Program-made: the position numbers and the translations under genes
In this document: one piece after another, positions 1 to 11,600 of the stretch
Position numbering within the stretch: the stretch's first letter is position 1
Layout: every line of letters starts with the position of its first letter
The notes under the pieces: model-generated
Databases searched by the model: none
The model's input: the letters and a program-made list of their open reading frames with translations, nothing else
What the model was told of the DNA's origin: nothing
DNA from: Phoronis australis
Taxonomy: Eukaryota; Animalia; Phoronida
Reading direction: 5' to 3'
DNA length: 56,614 bases
Assembly: GCA_002633005.1 (NCBI GenBank)
Contig: NMRA01000063.1
Span: forward strand, 887,890-944,503

Positions 1-327
1 CTATGAAGGAAAAGTTCCAAGTAGAAATTTGTTTCTGGCATTCTAATGCTGTGCTAATCTCGTATGTTGGTAAATTTGTTTTTATTCTATGTTTCTGTGG
101 TGCTTTAAGCAACTGGTGTATAGGATGTGCTTGTATTATGAAGATTACTCACATTTTGCCCCTAGCCTATTGAGGAGACAATGACCATGCCTTTCCATTT
201 TGCTAAGTACAACATACTACATATATGCCCTCTACTGGCCACTTTGTGGTACCAATAAACAACCCTAGAAGGATACCGTATGCGGTGCAATTGTGGGCGC
301 ATTTCAACGCTCTGCGTTGCTCTTGTT
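1..327 (+). mobile_element. 3' end of Helentron-associated (HINE/DINE-1/pearl-type) element, family A
   Basis: Near-identical to ~3968-4295 and ~17034-17362; ends TGTGGGCGCAT (subTIR) + CAACGC-TCT-GCGTTG hairpin + CTCTTGTT. Confidence 0.8.
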
Positions 328-500
328 TAAAGTAGGGAAGTAGACTATAATTTTGACCGTAGCACAAGTAAGGGATGTGCAGTAGAAAATAGTCTATATG
401 GTATGTGTGTGAAAAATTGATTGAGTTGATTGGTGAAGACACATTTCCTTGCTTTATGTTTCAACCTTGCGCGGTGTAATAACTACAATTTTTGTTGCAG

Positions 501-625
501 TATAAATGGTGGGCTCCTGTAAGAGATGTGGTCATATTCTGGCATGAGTGGCTCATCTCTCTCCTATTAGTCGTTGTCTGGCTGTGCCTCACATTTCTTC
601 TTGATGTCGATGAAGGTTGTCAAAA
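501..625 (+). CDS. HGSNAT: HGSNAT internal exon (YKWWAPVRD...[13 protein letters not shown])
   Basis: ttgcag acceptor, gtaggt donor, 125 nt, phase 0 to 2. Confidence 0.92.
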
Positions 626-3600
626 GTAGGTATTATAATTTGTTTTCATTTTATAAAACACACACACACACACACACACAAAAGGTACCCGCTCATCCAA
701 AACCTTTACGACAAACAGATGGCGCTGGATGCAATGATGCTTTACTAACAGGCAGCGCTGCTTACAGTCATGTGACATTCTTGTGTGAACTGAATCTTGA
801 CCCAGCACCATGACCTACATTCTACAGCTGCTGACGTCACATCGCCGTTGTGACAACGTGACATGATGAGCTCAGTGCTTCACTCTTGTTTATACTGTCA
901 GCTGTTATTAATCATGGCCACCAACATGTTCATAGTGCATGGTTCAGTTCGTTAAATAGATACTATATAAGTTGAAACCACTCTCTTTTGCCTTAGTGTT
1001 TTTAAAAAAAATAATTGCAGGCGGTCTGATACACGTTGTATCAGACGTGCGCAGGCCTCGCATGTGGGCCCATTGCACTGATCACCTGGAAATATTTTTA
1101 TGTGTGTTGATAGAACATAAAATATTACAGACGTTTCTACTTGGTGAACCATCAGCTGCCGTGCCGTGCCACAGCCAGTCCGGTCTGCTGGGCTCAGTGT
1201 TGTTGGCTAACGAGACACTGAACGAAAAAGAAAATATCGCAGAGAATAAAACCTAACATGTATATCACCATGTATAATTCAAGCATAATTTAAAAAATAT
1301 AGTGGTTATATTTCAACCTAATTAAAATTATGGTTGTTGAGTTGCCAAAATCTCGCCGGGCGGAAAAGTGGCCGGGCCCGATTTAGTAGCCTCACCATGG
1401 TCACGTTCATTGAAGATATATTTTACCCCAGCGTTTAGGCCGAGCAACCACAACAGCGTAGATTATTAACACTTTCATCTTAATTATATGTTATAAATAG
1501 TTATTACAAATGGACTTTTAAACATGGAATGTCGGACACAAAGATTTCTTTTCCACACAAATTCGCCACTCATCAGGACATACACTGTCTGGTTCATGAA
1601 CTCTCGTGACCTGTGGCTACAGTCAGCAGCAGCAGAATGTAGGTCAAGGTGCTTGGTTAAGATTCTCTGGCAGACAGTCTTATTTGAGCGATAAAATGAC
1701 GCGTGATTGATGAGAAGCGCCATCTGTTTGCCGTAAAGGTTTTGGATGAGCGGGTACCTTTTGCCACACACACGCACACGCACACGCACACACACATACA
1801 CACACACATACATTACCTTCATTACTGGTTCGTCATACAGTTCTGCTAACGATGGATGACAGTATATACCTTCATGACCCCTTTTGACAATTTTAGTTTT
1901 CATATTTGCCTCTGTATCTTGAGGGTTCCCCACGTTTTTTGTGAAATTTGGCAAACGAGACGACAGCATCATTCCATTTTGGAACAAATTTGACTTATTC
2001 TGTGTCCCTAATTTTTAGTATATTTGAGTCTTGTTTTTGTTGTTTGTCTTTGTAAGCTAAAAACACACGAAGGATCGTTATAAAAACTGGCAAATGTGTT
2101 CTTAATGACAAGAGCGGAATGATGTAGAGAACATGTGGATGGATCTGTCTGCCGTTGTACCTCCTTGTGGCAATTTTTAAATTAATTTTTTTTAAATTTT
2201 CCAGAGTTTCTTGATGGATTTCCTTGAAATTCTGCAAATTGATTATGGTAAAAATCACTAGAGGTCCGTATTTTGAGAACCAGTTTTCTGACATGAAGTG
2301 AAGTGCATTACAACACGACTGGTTAATAACACTGAGTTTGTGATTTTTATGCGCCCACATATTTATATGTGGACGAATTATGCCGTCATCTCCGTCTGTC
2401 CATCCGTCCGTCCGTTCGGGCAGCGTCCGCTGCTTTATCTCCAAAACCCTTTGACATACGTTCATGAAATTTGGCACATATGTTCCATTCATGAATGGGA
2501 CGGCATGTGCGAACTTTCGGACGGATCTGACTACCGGTGTGCCCCCTAGTGGCAATTTTAGTTTTTTACGCTTACCTTTGTATCTTCAAAAGTCCTGAAC
2601 AGATTTTCATGAAATTTGGTATGTAGGCACCTATTAGTGAGATGACGCTATCCTGTCGTTTTCAGATGGATTCGACATAGTTTGCGCCACCTAGTGGCCA
2701 TTTTTAGTGTTTTCGAATCTGTTTTTGTGCGTCCACCCCTCTATCAACCAAACCGCTCAAAGGATGATTGTGAAAATTGGCATGTATATGCTTACTATGT
2801 AGAGGACGGTTGACGATAATTTTCCGACGATTTCGACCATTGTGGCGCCTCCTAGTGGCAGGTTTGTTTTTTTGCGCCTATGGCTGTATCTCCTAAACCG
2901 TTCGCAGGATCGTTACAAAATTGTGTAAGTATATTAAAGTTAACAACGGAAGATGACGACTTTTGGACGGATCTGACTTTCGGTGTGCCCCCTAGTGGCA
3001 ATTTTAATTTTTTTACGCTTACCTTTGTATCTTCAAAAGTCCTGAACGGATTTTCATTGAATTTGGTATGTAGGCGCCTATTAGTGAGATGACGCTATCC
3101 TGCAGTTTTCAGACGGATTCGACATAGTTTGCGCCACCTAGTTGCCATTTTTAGTGTTTACGAGTCTGTTTTTGTGCGTCCACCCCTCTATCAACCAAAC
3201 CGCACAAAGGATGATTGTGAAAATTGGCATGTATGTGCTTACTGTGTAGAGGACGGTTGACGATGATTTTCCGACGATTTCGACTACTGTGGTGCCTCCT
3301 AGTGGCAGTTTTGTTTTTTTTGCGCCTATGGATGTATCTCCTAAACCGTTCGCAGGATCTTTACGAAATTTAATAAGTGTATTTATATTATGTTAACAAC
3401 AGACGATGACGACTTTTGGACGGATCCGCCTACCAGTGTGCCCCCTAGTGGCAATTTTATTTTTTACGTTTACCTCTGTATCTTCACAAGTCCTTAACGG
3501 ATTTTCATGAAGTTTGATATGTAGGCACCTATTAGTGCGATGACGCTATCCTCCCGTTTTCGGATGGTTTCGACCTAGTTTGCGACACCCAGTGGCCATT

Positions 3601-5584
3601 TTTACTGTTTTTGAGTCTGTTTTTGGCGTCCATCCCTCTATCAACCAAACTGCTCTAAGTATGATTGTGAAAATTGGCATGCATGTTCTTACTATGAAGA
3701 GGACGGTTGACGCTGAATTTAACATGAGTTTGATTACTGTGGCGCCTCCTAGTGGGAGTTCTTTTTTGCCCATGGCTATATCTCCCAAACCGTTTGCAGG
3801 ATCTTTACTAAATTTAGCAAGTGTATTTATGTGATGTTGGCAACGGACGATGACGACTTTAGGATGACTCTGACTACCGGTATGCCTGTAGTGGCAATCT
3901 TAGTATTTTACATTGACCTCTGTATTTTCATAGGTCTTCAGGTGTATACTTTGTGTTACTTCGTGACTATGAAGGAAAAGTTCCAAGTAGAAATTTGTTT
4001 CTGGCATTCTAATGCTGTGCTAATCTCGTATGTTGGTAAATTTGTTTTTAATTCTATGTTTCTGTGGTGCTTTAAGCAACTGATGTATAGAATGTGCTTG
4101 TATTATGAAGATCACTCACATTTTGCCCCTAGCCTATTGAGGAGACAATGACCATGCCTTTCCATTTTGCAAAGTACAACATACTACATATATGCCCTCT
4201 ACTGGCCACTTCATGGTACCAATAAACAACCCTAGAAGGATACCGTATACGGTGCAATTGTGGGCGCATTTCAACGGTCTGCGTTGCTCTTGTTTGATAT
4301 TACATTGGGTGAATCACAAAGTAGTGCAAAGTAGAAATCCACACGCCTTACATTTTATCGTCTGCAAAACACTAATATCAACAACCAAACAATGCCGGAA
4401 TTCCGTGAAGGTGACAAGGTTATGATTTGCAAATTGGGTGTCGCAACTGTACATAATGCTCCTTGTCGTAAGTACATGCAAACAACTTGTTAAACGGATG
4501 TATCTAACACGGTGAACTCCATATCCTCGTTATTGAAATGGATATGAAGCCCAACTCAAGAAACCGCGCTGTGAGACTGACTTGCTGTGCTGTCTTGAGC
4601 TCAATCCAGTGCTTAGATGTGGGAAAGCCCCGCTGACTTATTTATAAACATTTGTAAGTTTTACTGTTACAACTTCAAAGAGTATTTAGATTTTAACTAA
4701 AGCATTTGTTACGAAAGCCAAATGCAATTTCCAATTGTTTAAAATAAAATTATTAACAAAAAGTAGGGTTTTCTTTACATTGCACAAGCGTGTGCGTCGA
4801 GTTTTTCGACAGAAATATTGTGCTTTTACAGTTCATGTGAGAAAACATATCCAACACTCGTCTCAAGTTTATGACATGGGCAAAACCTCGTGGAAATTTT
4901 GTCAGAATCCCCCAGGAAGTCATGGGATTATTTCCAAGAGGTGTTGCTCATGTCATAAACCTGAGACCTGTAGCATTTTCTATTTTTCCAATGAATAATG
5001 GGCATGGAAGTGGGACCACTCAGGACTGTAAGTGACTTTTGCCTTGTTTTTTATTAGGGATACAACGACGCCTTTTCATTTTCAGACAGGTTTTATGTAT
5101 TTTGCACCATCTAATTACCATGTTTATGATACTAATACATACCCTAGAAGCATAAAGCATACCATCTGTGATGCAGTTTTGAACACATCTTGATGTTGGT
5201 CATTTCTTTTATTATTTGCTCTGTGTAGTTTGAATTTTATTCATAAAATGTTTGATATCATGGCATGAATAGGCAAACGTTCTCATTATTCTCACCTGAC
5301 TTTAAGTTTAAACGTATTTCCAACTCGTTACAGAGGCTACCTGGGTCCTGGTGGTATTCATCAGAATCATTCACACCACAACTGTACAGGTGGCGCTGCT
5401 GGCTACATTGACAGGTGGCTGCTGGGGGCCAATCATATTTACCAAACACCAACATGCAGTGTGAGCTTAAATCTTTAGTCACAAATGTCCACTTGACTGT
5501 GTTGGTCACAAATCACCCTAGAGCAGTATGTAGTATTAGCTGTTATGGTGATGTGTATACCTTTCCATCTTTTGTTTTACTGTA

Positions 5585-5640
<56 letters not shown>

Positions 5641-8600
5641 ACTGGTGGTGGTGGTGGTGCTGCTGCTGCTGCTGGTATAGAACTGTGGAATCACTGTGCC
5701 TCACTTTGTGCACAAAGTTGCTATGAGAAATGGTCGGACAAAATGACCTGGAATTCCCTTTCACGAGGTGGGCAGAAGCCGAATGCATTTTTAGAGTAGC
5801 TTCCCTCATGTCTGAGAATGAACGGGTATTAAACAGTAAAGTTTGTAAGGCTAAGCCATTCTGTAATAGTTATTTCCAGTCTTTTGTCATGAACAGAATT
5901 GGCTGTCTTGACGGGGAAAGGTTATTTTGTTTGAGCACTTTTTGTGCTCCCATACATATGTATGTGGGCACATTATGTCATTATCCCTGTCAGTCTGCTG
6001 CTGTATCTACAAAACCCCTCATTGACAAGTTGATGGATGTTCGTGAAATTTTGGATACATGTTCCTGTCATGGATGGGGAAGCATGAGGGTGCCCCTAGA
6101 CACAATTGTCATGAACTTTAAAAATAAGGAAAAATAGTTCGTACATTTATTTATTATATGAAGTGTTACAGAAATCACCGTAGGTATGTATTAAGGAGAC
6201 TCCGCCACCTTCTTATTTTCGGATGGATTCAATGTATTTTGCACCACCTAGTGGCCGTGTACTGTTTTCAAGTTTGTTTTTTCAGCATTCAGCTCTGTTT
6301 TGGCCAAACCACTATAAGGTCGAACCTCTTGCAGGAACTGTTTTAAATTTAGCAAATTCATTTTGAAGCAACTTCGGATTTTCACTAGGTCGCCAAACAA
6401 AATAGATCACTTTGGAGGCATGCAGGTCACCAAATCAAGCCCTGGATTGTGTAGTCAGAATGTGCTACCTCCACTATTGGCTTGAAACTCTTAACCTTTG
6501 GAGCTTATTTTACTCACTATTTTTAGGATATTCCATTGATGCTGATATAAGTTGTGTTGGTTACAGAAAGTGTACCAGACGACAATACCATATGATCCTG
6601 AAGGTGTACTTGGTACTCTTACTTCTATATTCCTGTGTTTCCTTGGACTACAGGTAAGTATATTCATCCGAGTTGGATGTTTAATGTTGTAAACCACAAT
6701 TCTACAAATTAAATGCTGTTGCACAGCCATGAATGCCCAAGCAAGTCTATGTTACTTTGTACAATGATCTTTTGATTAGCTTTATCCACAGTTTTTGACA
6801 AGAAAATGATAAAAATCAGATAGTTAACTGCTACATAGAACATGTGCATGATTGTATATTATTCCCAGGTTCTAGTCTAAGTGGAATCTTGTGGTTAAAG
6901 TTGGTATGCTAGCAACAACCAAGTATATCCTTATTGTGCCAGAGGTCAAGAAAACATATTATAGAACAAAGACAATTCCATGCAAAGGCCCTGTCATATA
7001 GAACAGTTTCCCAGCACACTTTAGGGAATGCAATGATCCAAATGTATTTGCTGCCAAGGGATTAGACTCCATATTCTCTGCTTTTTGATTGATCGTCATC
7101 TCAATATACATTCTGTCAGTATTTTATTTATTTATTCGTTTTGCCCATCGTTAATTAAGTATCAGTCCTCGGATCCACTGACCACAGTAGAGCCAACAAG
7201 TGGCAAGGTGTGTGTGTGGGGGGGGGGGTCAGCCATTCATAAACCATGTTTAGTCTGAGAAATTACAGAAATTACATTAGGGATGAGACAAATTGGGTGA
7301 AGTATGACACCACAAAGTTTGGTGGTTTAGGAGATACTAGGATAGGCTTCTGGAGGCCAAAATGAGGCAATTTCTTGATGTGGAATGACTACATTTTCTA
7401 CGGCAGTTTCTACTTCAAACAGAATCATTTCTGAATAATTTTGATATCACATGCTAGGTTCATGACTAATGTAAGCAAAAACGGCACCTACACTAAAATA
7501 TCGGTTACCATGGTTACTCTGGAGCTGTTTCCGTGGAGGTACATTTCATGCTTGTGAAAAACCAGCAGTAAGTTATACCCTTATAGCGAATCTGCCCCCA
7601 CAAGAAAACTAAAAATAATAACATGGGCATGTAGAAGACTCCATGCCCTTGAAATTAATACAAAAAAAAACTTTGTCAGCCCTTCATGCGTTCTTGATAA
7701 TAGGTGTCTGAATTTCACCATTTTCAGGCTGCACATTTGTGTATTTGTCATGTTAAACCAGCCACCAGTTGTGCACCGTTTGTACGCATTAAAATGCCGT
7801 GGTATAATACTACAATTAACAGAATTGGTTTGCTTGAATATTTTTGATTAATTTTAAGGACACAAGCAGTTCCCACTAAAATATGAAATTATACTTGATT
7901 TGTTCATCTAACTCATTGAATACCAAACTAAAGCATACAATATGTGTTTATTGAATAATGGCTGATCTAATGTGCAGGTTTGCGAATCTGGCTCTGTCCA
8001 TCGCATCAGATATTGGTATTTTTACAAATTTCCGAGAGAAATAACGTTGAAAACTCTTGGGAAATGCACAAGGAACTTAGCGAGACATCTGAGAACCTTA
8101 AAAGTGAAGGGATTTAATGTGAAGGAGGTGGAACGTGTCCTACCGAGTAGTCTGTCTGCAGCAGGAGCAGATAATCTACCGTAGATTCACTTGCATCGAT
8201 AGAACCCTCCACATATATTGGCGTTGCCAAAGACACTGAGTACATCCACTGCACACAAGAGGGGAAATCCGAAAGAGGTCTGAAAAATGACCAAAGATGT
8301 AAAATCAAGGTTCACCATCCTGCTTCGCCTATGTGAGCTCAGGTAGGAATCACCAAACTCCAGGGTCTGACCCTGAGAAGCATTTTTAGGAGCACATCAT
8401 TCATGCAATCCATATACTTTTTTTGACACACCGTGATTCCTTATAACTTGGGCCTTATTGCTTAATCATATGTTATTTCAAATGTCTTGAAGTATATGCA
8501 ACGACTACATGACTGCTGAGGTGAACAGCTGATCAAAATGAATGCCATACGAACAGTGTTAGCAATATCCTGGGTAATATGTTTCGTTAAGCTCATCAGT

Positions 8601-11600
8601 TTTGTTACGCGCATAAGACTGCAACAGGTACCCGATATCACAGAACTGTTGTCCAGCGCTGTTATTCGGTTGTGATCCTCGAATCTTTCTCTTTGGTTCC
8701 AATAACGATAAGCGCCACTTAATGGCTAGTATGTTTACTAAACTGAAATTATGTTCCATTGACATAGACAATAGGTAGTCATTATAACTGTTCATAATAA
8801 CCACCAAATGTGTTTAAACATTTTACATGTCTTTAAGGTTATAAAAAACCAGGATGGTAGTGAACTAGGGTGAGGACGTCTTGTACAGTTTCATTGGGGA
8901 TTTGAGACGGTCTTGCTAGAAATTGCTTAGCAAATACATAGTATAGACCCAATTCACGCGGTGGACATTAAAATCCAAAGCGAGGCTCACTGCGAAATTT
9001 ACATTGCCTGAGTTAAGTGGCCGGTCTTTGGAGTTCAACCTGAATATTAAATCTTAAAAAATGTATCAATAATTAACCACATAGACGTAGAAAAATGCAG
9101 TTAAAGAACAAGTCAATGTACCAAAGAGTTTTCTGACGAAAGGATATAAGTTTTTTTTTCCGGAAAACTAGGTTCGGAACATGAAAAGTAAACATGACCA
9201 AACTGCGGTGATCGTATTGTTACGGATTAGGTATCATGCTGAATGCAGGGTTATGTTTCTTCTAATAAATTCTTGATAAAAATGCTTTCTACACGAACCA
9301 GGTCATCTGGTCGTATTGTTGACGAGTTGAAGATATATTCGACAGTGGTGGCTCATAGCCTTTTGCTGTCATGTGCAATTAGTCACATCTGATTTAATTT
9401 GTTGATCAAGAGTAGGCCTATTAGCTTCAAGCATAGCCTAGATTCTGGTGAGGTAGGCACTACCGGTACTAACAGTTTATTTGTCATTGATCTGAAATAA
9501 TACATGATGTTATTAAATATATATTTTGATTACGATAAAAACCCAGGCTAGCAATTGAAAATAAAAATTATGTGACCATCAATATTCTGCTTTCTTGGTT
9601 TTAATAATTACGTCTACTTCATGTGTTATATTTTTCAAATATCAATCTCGACCAAGTTGAATTATAAAATCAAAACACCTTATTCTTTCGTCCAAAGCAT
9701 AACCTCGTTTTAGTGCTCAATTTCAGTTAACTGGACAGAACACAGTGGCAGATTTAGAGGGGAGCCAAGGGGGCCATGCCCCCCCCCCTAAAATTCTCCC
9801 AGATTCCATTTGGCAGTTCNNNNNNNNNNNNNNNNNNNNNNNNNNNNNNNNNNNNNNNNNNNNNNNNNNNNNNNNNNNNNNNNNNNNNNNNNNNNNNNNN
9901 NNNNNNNNNNNNNNNNNNNNNNNNNNNNNNNNNNNNNNNNNNNNNNNNNNNNNNNNNNNNNNNNNNNNNNNNNNNNNNNNNNNNNNNNNNNNNNNNNNNN
10001 NNNNNNNNNNNNNNNNNNNNNNNNNNNNNNNNNNNNNNNNNNNNNNNNNNNNNNNNNNNNNNNNNNNNNNNNNNNNNNNNNNNNNNNNNNNNNNNNNNNN
10101 NNNNNNNNNNNNNNNNNNNNGGGGGGGGCATGGGCCCGGTCCCCCTAAATCCGCCTATCAATTTTGTACTTTTTCAAATTGTCATCTCTGTGGTCACAGG
10201 TGATTTGAACTGTTGGAGAGAAATTTTTAATCACTAAGGGAATTTTTAGGCCTCGTGGCTGGGACCGGAAATTTTGCATGATTTTTTAATATTTTTGAGA
10301 GGGGAATAGGGCCGATAGTTGGCCCCAAAATTGAGGGATTGTGGGACCTGTCCTTTTTGTAAAGAAAAATGCATCACGCTTCAACCCATAGTCATGAAAA
10401 CAGCCTGGCTGGCTGAAGATTCTCCGGTCCTCGTTGCTATGGCGACATCCGAGATGCGACAAATTATGATTCGAAAACAGTTTCAATTTTACACAGACAT
10501 TTTCCTTCGTCGCGGCGTATGGCAAGGACCCAGTGCTTCCGAATCCCAACGTCCATAGGGATTGTAAAACGGACAGTTAAGTGTCCGTATTTTTTCTAGA
10601 TGTTCGAGCAACGCGGAGTACAACTACGCGGATAAGCCACCAGCTACAGAGTTATCGTAGCGAACCTCGTTTTGGAACGCGCCTCCTCGGCGTGAATAGG
10701 GTCTATACAGTAGCTGCTACTCAAGCGCACTAGAGTAACCACCTCTATTAAGGCTCTGTTGTTTTCATTTTGGTTGATTCTTATAGCCTATGACTGTGAA
10801 CATGCAACAAAAGATATTTCCAATACAGCTGATTGAATATAACTATGAATTTTCAGGAATATTCAGAAGCTGCCAGACAAAACAGGCTGACTAAAGGAAA
10901 TCTCATAGTGGAGCCCATGGATACTATAGTAACAGTAAGTACTTGTAAAAATCTGTAACAAATTTCATAAGTGCATAAAATCGATCAATGTTTCAATGTT
11001 ATGAAGAGGAATATAATGCACAGCTCATGCATTTCACAATGAACGCTGACACATGGATAATTTAAATCGGTCTCATTATTTTCTACATGTAGTGTGCCAT
11101 ACTTCTGTTTTATTGTCGTACTGTCTGGTACATAGAAATTCATTCTGTAAATTTTTATAATCAAATCTGAATGACTTATTTGTGATGCCTTCACTTTAGC
11201 TTGGTATTCATATTTTCTGAGCCAAAATGGCCACCTTAAATGTGATATGTTTAATTTTTTTCATTAATACAATTTTAGGAATGAGGAAAGGCTTATGCTG
11301 GAATGGCTTCTGTTGAAGTTGAAGACCTGCTGATTATTAGTAAAGGTTGGGTATGGATAAGTTCAAAACCAACAAGAATTTACCCTTAACCATTGAAAAA
11401 TTCCTTCTGGACAACTAAGTGAGGGGGCTAGAGAGAGAGGCCGAAAAGTCTACTTCCAGAAGATGTGTCAAAGAGAATTTGTAAATTGAGGAACAAGTCG
11501 GGGGGAAAAGTATTTGCTAAAGATTACTGGCTTATACCACACCGGGTCCAAAGCAAATGTGGGAAACTGGAACAGTTGGATGTAGGACATATGACATATG

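Larger units (their letters stand above)
8945..10704. mobile_element. Non-autonomous TIR DNA transposon (AGACC...GGTCT ends; ISL2EU/PIF-Harbinger-like, tentative)
   Basis: gtatagacccaattcacg...tccaaagcgagg at the left end pairs with cctcgttttgga...cgtgaatagggtctatac at the right end; no coding remnant recognised. Confidence 0.6.

Noticed and set aside
1995-4425. Several 70-186 aa ORFs within the family A element
   Set aside because: No Rep/helicase or other recognisable motifs; frames are not conserved between repeat units.
5545-5799. Poly-Ala/Gly ORF
   Set aside because: It is a translation of an intronic trinucleotide microsatellite; the flanking HGSNAT exons join in frame without it.
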